Virus record (IMG/VR): IMGVR_UViG_3300008261_000001
Location: 1-64,000 of that record
Length of the DNA: 64,000 bases
Strand: one strand, 5' to 3'
In this document: positions 1-8,902 of the stretch, piece by piece
How the letters are laid out: each line of letters begins with the position of its first letter
How positions within the stretch are numbered: position 1 is the first letter of the stretch
Notes under the pieces: model-generated
The model's database searches: none
Told to the model about the DNA's origin: nothing
What the model saw: only the letters and a program-made list of their open reading frames with translations
Translations under genes and position numbers: made by a program

Positions 1-9
1 TTTTGACCT

Positions 10-372
10 CTAAGCCTCCGCTTCTTTTTTGTTCCACGAAGCTCTTATAAAATCCAGAACAGAGTTTCCAATATCCATGTGATGGGCATAGACGCTTTTA
101 TTGATGGGGCAGAGTGGAGCACTCTGCTCGGTGGTGTTGTTCCAATCGTCCTCCCAACCAAATCTGTATCCCTCCAACGACATTTTGAGTAAAAACTTCT
201 TGGGGAACAGATTGTGTGCGAAGGAGATCGTTGTTTGGGAAGGGTCTTGTATATTCCCATGTTCGCGGAAACCACATTCAGCCAACACTCCTAAGAGGAG
301 GTCTCTAGTGGTGATCTCAATTTGACGCGGGAGCATAACACGCCTACCACCCTCTATCTTGGTTAAAGTCAT
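10..372 (-). CDS. Small hypothetical protein, paralog family A
   Basis: LTKIEGGRRV N-terminus, LAECGF core and FIRASW end match 54434..54736 and five other small ORFs. Confidence 0.7.
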   Translation of the reverse strand: MTLTKIEGGRRVMLPRQIEITTRDLLLGVLAECGFREHGNIQDPSQTTISFAHNLFPKKFLLKMSLEGYRFGWEDDWNNTTEQSAPLCPINKSVYAHHMDIGNSVLDFIRASWNKKEAEA

Positions 373-444
373 TTAAGCCTCTGTCTTGCTCGTGTTGCTT
401 AACGCTTTATAGAATATCCTATTTGGAACGCTAGGGAGATCAAC

Positions 445-741
445 ATGAGAGTACTTGAGATACTGAGCTTGTTAGAAATCTGCACGGGGCATGGGCAGTT
501 CGATGTGCCTTGTAACTGGCAGGCTTATCTTCAGTCTATAGGTGAGGTCGTGTGGGTTTCAGCTAGAGAGGTGGAACTATCCGAAAAGGGGTCTGTAGCT
601 GAGTGCTTAAAGCCTTGCGTACTTCACTCTAGGATAGCCCCTTACGCTTTGTTGGATAAGGGTAGTCGCTTAGAGGTAGTCGGCAGACTGAGTGATAGGT
701 ATATAGAGGTTAAGCCCATAGACCTAAAGCTGAGAGACTGA
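445..741 (+). CDS. Hypothetical protein, 98 aa
   Basis: ORF with GGAG upstream; fills the gap; no motif recognised. Confidence 0.5.
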   Translation: MRVLEILSLLEICTGHGQFDVPCNWQAYLQSIGEVVWVSAREVELSEKGSVAECLKPCVLHSRIAPYALLDKGSRLEVVGRLSDRYIEVKPIDLKLRD

Positions 742-785
742 GAGACTGAGGGTATGATTGGATAAGCACAAATGAAAGGTTCGTT

Positions 786-944
786 ATGGAAAAGAAATCT
801 AGGAGAGAGCGTAAGAGGGATAAGCTAGTGCAGAGGTTCAAAGAACTAAAGGATAAGGAGCGTTTGTTGTTGGAGTACCTAGATTATGTAGAAAAGAGCG
901 AGCTATCCTCTCCACCAATCGTCAAAAGCACCGAACTCGATTAG
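786..944 (+). CDS. Possible small charged protein (52 aa, MEKKSRRERKRD...)
   Basis: Read manually, below the ORF-track cutoff; fills the 741-903 gap and overlaps the 3' end of the convergent gene. Confidence 0.35.
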   Translation: MEKKSRRERKRDKLVQRFKELKDKERLLLEYLDYVEKSELSSPPIVKSTELD

Positions 945-1262
945 TTCGTAGATATCGTCTGGGATGTAAGGTACACAATCGTAGGAGAACCACTCTCCGT
1001 GTAGTCTGAAATCCTTGAGTAGTTCGTGTAGATCTCTCTCCCTCCAAGCCCATCCCTTAAAGTAGGCGATAAGGCGGAGTTCTTCTCCATTACCTGTTTG
1101 AAGTTCTCTTATGCGTTTGTGTGGGTTTTTAGCCCGACCTATTTTTATCAGTCCCGTCTTATTTGATTGGATAAAATAAAGGAAATCTGATCCTTTTATT
1201 TCGGTTTGCTTTTGAAGCGTCCAAGCTCTTAACTCTTTTGAGTTTGTGATGGGTTTATCCAT
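903..1262 (-). CDS. T5orf172 / GIY-YIG-like domain protein
   Basis: YFIQ...LIKIG...RIRELQTGN...ERDLH...GEWF signature. Confidence 0.9.
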   Translation of the reverse strand: MDKPITNSKELRAWTLQKQTEIKGSDFLYFIQSNKTGLIKIGRAKNPHKRIRELQTGNGEELRLIAYFKGWAWRERDLHELLKDFRLHGEWFSYDCVPYIPDDIYELIEFGAFDDWWRG

Positions 1263-1278
1263 GTTCGTTTAATGAACC

Positions 1279-2823
1279 TCAAAGTTCATCCACAAGGTCT
1301 TCTAGTGGGTCTTTGTCGGCTTTTTTAGCCTTGCCCGTGGGTGAAGGTTTGGGTTTGGGTGAAGACTGAAACTGTAAGGGCATATCTAAAATACGCCCAT
1401 ATGGCCATACAATCTGAGCTTCGAACTCGTCAAAGGGTGCTTGGTCACGGCTCTTGAGGCATTGATACTTGATACAAGACTTCTCTTTCATCTCGTCACC
1501 GAACCAGTTAGTTATCACCACATCAGCGGAGCGTTCGGCTTCGTTCGCGTAGGATAAGTGGGTGAGGTTGTACGAGCCACCGTTCTTCTCTGCCGCCTTA
1601 TAACCCTCACGGCTTATCTGAAAGAGACAAAGGATAGGTACGCCCTCGCCCTTGTTGAAGCCCAACGCGGTCTTCTTCAAATCACGGATAACTTCGTTGA
1701 GCCTGTCGGTCGTATTGGAAACCCATTTACGAGGGGACAGCAACAGAGCGTGATCGACAACAATCATCTTAACAGGCTCAGTCTGAGCTAGAATCTCTGC
1801 TTTCGTGCGTAGGTTCTCTACGGTGAAGTCGAGGGTATTGGGGTCAGCCACCTCGATACGGATACTTCCATAACGCCCCTCTTTTACGCCTTCGTCTAGG
1901 TCTCTAGTGACCTCTCTCAAGAACGCTTCTTCGTCTGCGTTTAATAAACCCGTCTTTATCCTTTGTGGGTCAACGCCCACATCTGGATTCTGTGTCATTT
2001 GGATACCGAGAGCCATGCGTTTAGCTCTAAACTTGGGGTGCATGGAGTGGTACACATAGATCATGCGTCTGCATTGGTCGTAGTGCATCTCAAGCGAAAA
2101 GTATATGGTGTTCGTGCCACCGTAGACCGCTTGGTTATAGACCCAGTTCATAGCGGTCGTGGACTTCATATGACCTGTGAACGCGGCTAAGATATAAAGC
2201 TCTTTTTTCCTAAAGCCCCCCAAAGCACTATCTATCATGGATAAGCCTGTAATGGGGAGCTTGTCCACCTTTACATCTTTAGATTTCTGATAGGCTTCCC
2301 AAAAGTCTGCACTGTCCGAGAGTGCTTCACCACCTAAGCTACCACCAAAGGTGGGGGTGTTAATCTTTCCAATCTCAGAGACAAGAAAGTTGCTTGCGTC
2401 TCTCGCTCCCTTGAGGAGCTTTTTGCGTTTGCCACCGTCTTCTTTGACTTCGAGTCCGGACTTGGCGATGGACTTAGCCTCTGCCATAGCTGTGGCGAGT
2501 TGGATTTGCCTAGCCTCCTCTACCTTACGCTCCACCTCAAGCATAAAGTCGCCCCTATAGAGGGGAGAGGATGTGCCAAGCTGACTGATCTTGTCCACCT
2601 CGTCAAAGCCTTGATTAGCGGTGAAGTGGTCTATCACCGTCTCTTGGTTTGGAAGGTGACCATGTACCCTTACGAAAGATTGGATAAACTCATAAGCATT
2701 GTTCTCGGCAGGGTCTGAGAACTCATAGATACTGCTACGGAGCGAGCAGTAGCTTTGAAACATGAGTGATGGGTCGTCTCCGACTCTAGGGTCGGGAAGT
2801 ATGCTTCTAAGTATTCTATTCAC
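1279..2823 (-). CDS. dnaB: DnaB-like (SF4) replicative helicase
   Basis: P-loop AAFTGHMKST, IYFSLEM, IVVDH, QISRE, EAERSADVV, KSRD follow DnaB motifs H1-H4. Confidence 0.9.
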   Translation of the reverse strand: MNRILRSILPDPRVGDDPSLMFQSYCSLRSSIYEFSDPAENNAYEFIQSFVRVHGHLPNQETVIDHFTANQGFDEVDKISQLGTSSPLYRGDFMLEVERKVEEARQIQLATAMAEAKSIAKSGLEVKEDGGKRKKLLKGARDASNFLVSEIGKINTPTFGGSLGGEALSDSADFWEAYQKSKDVKVDKLPITGLSMIDSALGGFRKKELYILAAFTGHMKSTTAMNWVYNQAVYGGTNTIYFSLEMHYDQCRRMIYVYHSMHPKFRAKRMALGIQMTQNPDVGVDPQRIKTGLLNADEEAFLREVTRDLDEGVKEGRYGSIRIEVADPNTLDFTVENLRTKAEILAQTEPVKMIVVDHALLLSPRKWVSNTTDRLNEVIRDLKKTALGFNKGEGVPILCLFQISREGYKAAEKNGGSYNLTHLSYANEAERSADVVITNWFGDEMKEKSCIKYQCLKSRDQAPFDEFEAQIVWPYGRILDMPLQFQSSPKPKPSPTGKAKKADKDPLEDLVDEL

Positions 2824-3557
2824 AGCTTGACCCTCTTATGTGCCGAAGCAGGTAAGTTAAATGATGTGGCGGTGGGCTCTATAGATAACGCTTGTGCCGA
2901 TGTGGGTGTTGTAGATAGACGACTATGTGTGTTCACATCGTCAAGGGTTAAGCGTAGACGCTCCCATCCACTTATAGTTTCCTCCACTGCTCGACTCCAT
3001 GACAGATGTCCTTCTTGTAGAGGCTTTGTCGGCTCTTCGACTATCCATGTAGCTCTGTGTAAGTGGTTTCTAAGCTCTAGCGTCTCCACAAGCACCTCAG
3101 ACATGGCGGAGTTTCTCGCCCGCTTTACGCCCAATCGGATAATCAATAAATGTGGGCTCTCGGCTAGATCCTCAAGGGAAGCCACCAAGAGATCCCTCCT
3201 ATAGTCAGGGTCTGCTATATCCGATTGATTTAGATTGGATAACCAAGCAGACATGAGCGTAGCGTCATTAACGACCTTTACGAACTTGCTCGGTTGCCCC
3301 CAATCGGCAAGGCTCGCCCTTAAATGAACCTGTAAGGCGGGCTTCTCGGCATTGATAACCAAGCACTCGTCTATCTTTCCATTTAGGGGGGACTTCTTCT
3401 TCACGGGGACTTTGGATAGATTATCCCATGTGCGTTCGGCTTGGGCTTCCAAAGCCTTCTTAAACACACACTCGCATTGTATAGCACGAGGTATCCCATA
3501 GGCTCCCTCTTCGGTTTGAGTGAAGCCAAATCCGCCGCACTTTTTACAAGAACTCAT
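2820..3557 (-). CDS. DnaC/IstB-like helicase loader, degenerate ATPase, N-terminal Zn finger
   Basis: CKKCGG...CEC; HLLIIRLG...EVLVETLELRN...TWI resembles the DnaC Walker B region; overlaps the helicase gene; start moved to ATG 3557 after AAGGAG. Confidence 0.6.
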   Translation of the reverse strand: MSSCKKCGGFGFTQTEEGAYGIPRAIQCECVFKKALEAQAERTWDNLSKVPVKKKSPLNGKIDECLVINAEKPALQVHLRASLADWGQPSKFVKVVNDATLMSAWLSNLNQSDIADPDYRRDLLVASLEDLAESPHLLIIRLGVKRARNSAMSEVLVETLELRNHLHRATWIVEEPTKPLQEGHLSWSRAVEETISGWERLRLTLDDVNTHSRLSTTPTSAQALSIEPTATSFNLPASAHKRVKL

Positions 3558-3641
3558 TGTGTGTATCTCCTTTGTGAGATAATACCCCACCCTCGCTCAC
3601 AAAGGCTAAAAGGGTGGTCTTAGCCCTCGGAAGGGGTATCC

Positions 3642-5240
3642 TTAAACCCTTATAAAGTCCTTAGCGTCCTCAAGTAGACCATCGAAAATATCGGCAAGCT
3701 CAGAAGACCCAAACTCCACCACAGAGTCCTCAGTACCCTCCTCTTTAAGACGCTTACCCAAAACCGCCTCGATCAATCCCATCTTAGCCTTGAGGGTCTT
3801 CATCACACGCTCGTCTATCGTCTTAGGAGCACACAAGTGATAGCTGTAAACCCTATCGTGGATAGAGCCTATACGGATCATGCGACCCACAATCTGTAAA
3901 TAGTCCCCAGCACTCCAGGGGGTGTCATAAAACACAACGGCTTTGGCAAGCTGTAGGTTCACGCCCTCAGCCGCCGCCATTGTAATCAAACACACGGTCA
4001 CATCGGACTTGGGGTCTTGAAACTGCTGTTGGGACTTTAAGCGTTCTTCTCCCGACTCACCACCTGTGATACGGCAGGTCTTGATGCCCTTCGAGGAAAT
4101 CTCCCCATCGAGTATGTCGATCATAGATCTAAACCTAGAGAAGATGATGACCTTCTCTCCCTCAAGCTCAGTATCCAATAAGTCGAGTAGCGTCTCTAGC
4201 TTGCCTGAGTCGCCCTCTACATCTACAAGGGCAGGGTGATTTACGATTTGTTGGCACACGGTCACAGCGGTGAGCTTTGAGACCTCTCGCTCGGAAAGCT
4301 CACCTGTCTGCTTGTCGGAGTACTCAAGCAGTCCGTTCAATGCCTCTTTGTACTTTTCCTTTTGGATATTGGATAAGTCGCAATCCACAATCTTTGTGGT
4401 GAGGGGAGGGAGTTCTTTGGCAACCTCGTGTTTGGGTCGCCCGATGAAGTAGGGGTCGATTACCTCTCTAAAGGCTTCGATGTCCCTCTTGCGGTGTCCG
4501 ACAACGATTTGGATACGCCTACGAGAGCCAGGTATGGTTTGCTCTCTAGTCACGCAGTATTCACGCATGAACTGCGTCTTGGTCGTAAACAAGTCAGGAA
4601 CGGTGACCTTGTAGATAGCCCAAGCCTCCATGAGCCTGTTCTTGATGATGGTGGCGGATAAAGACCACACACGCTCTGCCGAACCTGCCAAGTGTTTACA
4701 GACTTGATGTACTTGAGCGGTGTCGTTCTTAAAAGCGGTCGCCTCGTCGAAAATCACCACATGACCGACCATAGGCTGTAGTCGTTCAAAGTCTTGAACC
4801 GCAGTCCTATAGCCCATGATGAGAGCCTTTGGACCTGTGGCTTGGGTAAAGGCATCGTAGATCTTCTCACGCTTGGCTTTGGTGCCTAAGACCTTAAAGA
4901 CTTGAACACCAGTCGTAAACCGCTCGAACTCGGTTTCCCATTGACCTACGGCACTCTTAGTGGTGCAAATGATAGCGGGTATCTCTGCTCGCTTGTCCCA
5001 CAAATAGGATAAAGCGGCAATCGTCTGTAGCGTCTTGCCCAAGCCTGTGTCGTCACCAAGTACGAACCTCGGCATAGCGAGTAGGTGGAGTACCCCTTGC
5101 ACTTGATACTGCCTAAGGGTCAGTTCTTGACCTGTAGGGAGATGCGTCCTCAGTATCTTAGATGTAGGGGGTTTAAGGTTATCCTTTGTGCGGATCTCCC
5201 TGAGCTTTTCAATCGTGGCGAGTAGCTTCTTGTCGTCCAT
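3642..5240 (-). CDS. SNF2-family (SF2) helicase/ATPase
   Basis: LGDDTGLGKT, DEAT, LSAT, KVIIFSRF, AAEGVNLQ, QIVGRMIRIG. Confidence 0.95.
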   Translation of the reverse strand: MDDKKLLATIEKLREIRTKDNLKPPTSKILRTHLPTGQELTLRQYQVQGVLHLLAMPRFVLGDDTGLGKTLQTIAALSYLWDKRAEIPAIICTTKSAVGQWETEFERFTTGVQVFKVLGTKAKREKIYDAFTQATGPKALIMGYRTAVQDFERLQPMVGHVVIFDEATAFKNDTAQVHQVCKHLAGSAERVWSLSATIIKNRLMEAWAIYKVTVPDLFTTKTQFMREYCVTREQTIPGSRRRIQIVVGHRKRDIEAFREVIDPYFIGRPKHEVAKELPPLTTKIVDCDLSNIQKEKYKEALNGLLEYSDKQTGELSEREVSKLTAVTVCQQIVNHPALVDVEGDSGKLETLLDLLDTELEGEKVIIFSRFRSMIDILDGEISSKGIKTCRITGGESGEERLKSQQQFQDPKSDVTVCLITMAAAEGVNLQLAKAVVFYDTPWSAGDYLQIVGRMIRIGSIHDRVYSYHLCAPKTIDERVMKTLKAKMGLIEAVLGKRLKEEGTEDSVVEFGSSELADIFDGLLEDAKDFIRV

Positions 5241-5287
5241 GTGTGTTCTCTCCTCTGTAGAAGCGACCCTCCCCTATAGGATTTCGC

Positions 5288-5346
5288 CCTCAAGGAAATA
5301 ACACCCTCAAGGAAATAACACCCTCAAGGAAATAACACCCTCAAGA
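5288..5346. repeat. 17-bp tandem repeat CCCTCAAGGAAATAACA x3.5
   Basis: Exact copies at 5288, 5305 and 5322, partial at 5339. Confidence 0.95.
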
Positions 5347-5779
5347 TGCTGATGTACTCGTAGGAGAACTCTACGCTCGTGGATAGCTGACTAAGTTGAA
5401 CTCGGATAGCGGACATCTCAACACTACCTGCGGACACCCAAAGTTTAGCGTATGCTTTGCTTGCCCATACGGTGTATATCCATTTACACATCTCAGTAAG
5501 GAGTTTCAGTGCGTTTGTTTTCTCAAGGGGAGTTATGTTTTCTGGCATCTTTGGGTTGTAGTAGTTTCCTGCTATTCGACCTAGATACCTTGCCTCTTGT
5601 GTAAATCTGCTAAGGTAGGGGGGGAACTTCCCCTCCATCCAATAGTAGTGAGCTAGAGATATTTCTCTTTCTGTGGCATTGGATTTTTTGGATAAATCCA
5701 AAACCCCTTGAAAAGCCAGAGGTACAAGGGCATTAAAAGACTTTATGACCCTTTGGGTACGCTTTTGGATGATATCCAT
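5324..5779 (-). CDS. Hypothetical protein, 151 aa
   Basis: ORF co-oriented with neighbours; no motif. Confidence 0.65.
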   Translation of the reverse strand: MDIIQKRTQRVIKSFNALVPLAFQGVLDLSKKSNATEREISLAHYYWMEGKFPPYLSRFTQEARYLGRIAGNYYNPKMPENITPLEKTNALKLLTEMCKWIYTVWASKAYAKLWVSAGSVEMSAIRVQLSQLSTSVEFSYEYISILRVLFP

Positions 5780-5784
5780 TGCCG

Positions 5785-6291
5785 TTATCCATTAAGCAGT
5801 TTATTGGATAGTAGGCTATTGAGGCGTAAAACAGATTGCTTAAAGTATATGCGGGACTCTTCTGGTAGCTCAGATAAGAGTTTATCGACTTTTTTCAAAT
5901 CTTGCTTGGCGAGCGTAAAAGCTATTTCTTCATGCCCTAAATCTTTTAGCTCAGAGATAAGGGGTGAGAACACCTCTTTAAATGCCTTATCTATCTTAGC
6001 GTCTGCTATGCGTTGTAGGGAGGCTTTTTTGCTCCGACCAGGAAAGTACTCGGAGGGTTCTTTTTTACAGTGTGGGGAGTTTGGCTCTTTGTACTTGCAG
6101 TAGATGGACCAAGCTACAGGCCAAGATTTCTCGGGCTCGTAACCTTTCTCTTCCTCGAAATACTTTACTTTATCCTCGACATACTTGGGGAGATTCTCTG
6201 CGTTCTTGGTGGGTAAAGAGTGTGTAGAGTATCCACCGTATGCCTTTTCACTAGAGTTAAATGCAGTCTTTCTCTTGTTTGCTTTATTCAT
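5785..6291 (-). CDS. Hypothetical basic protein, possibly virion-associated
   Basis: ORF with GAGG RBS; AT-rich late-like motif upstream. Confidence 0.7.
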   Translation of the reverse strand: MNKANKRKTAFNSSEKAYGGYSTHSLPTKNAENLPKYVEDKVKYFEEEKGYEPEKSWPVAWSIYCKYKEPNSPHCKKEPSEYFPGRSKKASLQRIADAKIDKAFKEVFSPLISELKDLGHEEIAFTLAKQDLKKVDKLLSELPEESRIYFKQSVLRLNSLLSNKLLNG

Positions 6292-6385
6292 GATTACGAC
6301 CCTCTTTTTTAGTTCGTTTATAATATGTACTGCATAAATAGATTATTGAAGCCCCTCTCAGTATATCCCCTAAATGGAGGACATC

Positions 6386-7210
6386 ATGGCGAATAACGAT
6401 CTCAATCCTATTGAGGGTGGACCTCAGGGTTCATCTAGCTTGTACAAATACGGAACAACCCCCAACACTCGAACGGTTGTTTCTCAAAAGGTACGAATGA
6501 TGACTCCTGCGTATGGGGGTCGTGGCTTACTCTATCAGATTGGAGTATGCTCAGAAATAGGAGTAGGCGATACGACCAGAAGCGTGGATAAAGTTAAGGG
6601 TGTGGGTTTCGGTGATCGTATTGCTGAACTTGTACCTGGACCTTCAGAAATCGGAGCACTTAGCTTTACAAGAGCTGTGCTTTACTTATCCAATGGTCAC
6701 CAAGCATTTGGTTATGCAGGTGGTGTGGACGGAGCAGTAAGGAGCCTTCAGCACCACAGATGGCCATTCGACACGGAGCATCAGCTTGTGCTTTCACACC
6801 TTGCTAATGCCGAGCTTGGTGCAGACAGCGACACAGTGCAGGGGCTTAAGGACATTGACTTTTCTGGTCAGAATGTCACTGGTGCCGCCGAGGCTTACGC
6901 TTCTCAGAAGCTCAAGGCTATTCTATCCTATTACGAGGGTTGTTGGATAAACAGCATGGGTGGAATCACTGCGAGTGCAGACTCAGGCATGGTCACACAG
7001 AGCATCTCTGCGGACTTCACCGATCTGCACGATCTGTACAGCACCTATGGCGAGTTCTTACCTACGGGTAATGATCCTACGATTGGTCAGAACGGATCTC
7101 TCCTTTATGTGGGGGGTCGTGGTACAACGGTTACAGCGACTCAAGGGTTCTCTAACCCAGAGGACACCTTTAGTGCCTTAACAGGTGCTACCACACCCGC
7201 TGGTGGGTAA
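6386..7210 (+). CDS. Putative tail tube protein
   Basis: GVGFGDRIAELVPG...LSFTRAVLY resembles large-myovirus tube proteins; first gene upstream of chaperones and tape measure; GGAGG precedes ATG 6386. Confidence 0.65.
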   Translation: MANNDLNPIEGGPQGSSSLYKYGTTPNTRTVVSQKVRMMTPAYGGRGLLYQIGVCSEIGVGDTTRSVDKVKGVGFGDRIAELVPGPSEIGALSFTRAVLYLSNGHQAFGYAGGVDGAVRSLQHHRWPFDTEHQLVLSHLANAELGADSDTVQGLKDIDFSGQNVTGAAEAYASQKLKAILSYYEGCWINSMGGITASADSGMVTQSISADFTDLHDLYSTYGEFLPTGNDPTIGQNGSLLYVGGRGTTVTATQGFSNPEDTFSALTGATTPAGG

Positions 7211-7307
7211 TGGATAGGTGGGGAGGGGTGGGTATAAGGTTGCCGAACCTTGTGGTCTTAGAGCCTCAACTAAACGGATAACATACAACTAGGGGTTAGA
7301 AATCATA

Positions 7308-7853
7308 ATGTTGAACTTGGCACAGCTTAATAAGCTATTGGAGCCATTATCCAATATCGGCAAGGGGGAGAAGATCGTGGATGTGGCGGGGCTTCCTGTC
7401 ACTATCCGAAATCTAACTCCGCTTGAAGAATCAGAAGTCCAAAGGGCGTTGCCCACGATGAGTGAGGGTGAGGGGGCAACGCCTTTGGACTTTGTGGAAA
7501 CTTTTAGAAGGGAGACGCTTGCTAGGAGTATTGTTCAAGTGGGTGACTTGGACTTGAGAGGTCTAGACTATGTAGAAACGGGTGAGACCCTCCCTAATGG
7601 AAAACCCATAAAAGTCTCCAAGACAGAGGCTCTTATTAGGTTGATTTCGTCATGGAGCCGACCTGTTTCTACGAAGCTCTTTGAGCAGTATGGGATACTG
7701 ATCGAAGAGGTGGAAAACAACTTGGATAAAAGCCTGCTCGTATCTCCTACAGATCTGTCGGAAGAGAAGAGAAACCTCGAAGCTCGCCTTGAAGAAATCA
7801 ACAGGCGTATAGAGCTAGAGAAGATGGGCAAGCCTAAGAATGAAGGTCTATGA
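7308..7853 (+). CDS. Putative tail assembly chaperone
   Basis: Position between tube and tape measure; IRNLT, LARSIVQV pattern typical of chaperones. Confidence 0.6.
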   Translation: MLNLAQLNKLLEPLSNIGKGEKIVDVAGLPVTIRNLTPLEESEVQRALPTMSEGEGATPLDFVETFRRETLARSIVQVGDLDLRGLDYVETGETLPNGKPIKVSKTEALIRLISSWSRPVSTKLFEQYGILIEEVENNLDKSLLVSPTDLSEEKRNLEARLEEINRRIELEKMGKPKNEGL

Positions 7854-8892
7854 CAACTTACACCGAGCTATACGGACAGGTGGGGTAGGACTAACTCTTT
7901 CCATTCAAGGGGGTAGGTCTTTTAGTTTTCGTTTACCCTCTGTAGACGATTACGAAAAGAGCAAAGACTTTGGTGGATCTGTCCATGAACAGAACTCTTA
8001 TCTGTTGGCTTCCTCGCTCGTTGAGGTGGGTGGTTTTTCAGTACCCCATAACCTCTTATTGGATAAGATAGAGTTTATCCAAAACCTATCTGTGTCTCTA
8101 CATAGGCGGATGGTTTACGCTTTAAGCCATTACATATCTACGAGCATAGATCACGAGCGGTACTTCGAGGGGTTCTGTTACGAGAATATCTCTCGAAACC
8201 TATGGTTCCAATGGAAACAATCACAACAACTTGGATATCCATTACCGCATAGGGACTATCCATTAACACCACTACAGACAAACTGGGTAGCTTATAATGT
8301 TATGGAGGACGAGCGTGAGCGGATAAACCACTCATGGTCTCACTCTTTTTTTGTCGCGAGTAGCATGAACCCAAAGGGTGTCGAAAAGGTACGACAAAAG
8401 TGGGAGGAGTCTGAGAAAAAAGAGAGGGAGTATAGAGAGAAAGTTAGGGAGGCTTGTCGTAAAGGAGACACCTTAACGGATAAGGCGAGGGATAAGATCC
8501 GTAATGAGAAATCTGTAGAGGACTTACAGAAGGAATATCACGCATGGGTGGCTGGAGAAGAAGACGAACACGACAGACTCGTTAACCAATACAAAAACTG
8601 GGTGCAAGGGCAAATCCAACAAAGGGGCAATGCGGAGCGTCTAGCTCAACACAACGCACAAAAAGACGAGTTATTGCAGGCACTGCAAGCTAGTTCTTCT
8701 ATGAGTTCACCGATAAGAACTCTCTCTGATGATGAAGTCGCTCGTATCTCAGCACAAAAGAACCAAAACCGAGGGGTTATGAATGAGTTATCCGATTACG
8801 ACCGAAAGGTAACTCAAATCTTAAACCCCAAGTTTACAGACGAGCCACCACCATCATTGATGGAACAAATCGCTAACCGCAAGGTCACTTAG
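7840..8892 (+). CDS. Tail-region protein, possible second chaperone
   Basis: Overlaps the previous gene and directly precedes the tape measure; helical, charged C-terminal half. Confidence 0.5.
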   Translation: MKVYDNLHRAIRTGGVGLTLSIQGGRSFSFRLPSVDDYEKSKDFGGSVHEQNSYLLASSLVEVGGFSVPHNLLLDKIEFIQNLSVSLHRRMVYALSHYISTSIDHERYFEGFCYENISRNLWFQWKQSQQLGYPLPHRDYPLTPLQTNWVAYNVMEDERERINHSWSHSFFVASSMNPKGVEKVRQKWEESEKKEREYREKVREACRKGDTLTDKARDKIRNEKSVEDLQKEYHAWVAGEEDEHDRLVNQYKNWVQGQIQQRGNAERLAQHNAQKDELLQALQASSSMSSPIRTLSDDEVARISAQKNQNRGVMNELSDYDRKVTQILNPKFTDEPPPSLMEQIANRKVT

Positions 8893-8902
8893 GGGTAAAT
8901 AA

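Noticed and set aside
7800-7860. Programmed frameshift joining the two chaperone-like genes
   Set aside because: No X-XXY-YYZ slippery heptamer seen near the overlap; the second ORF has its own ATG
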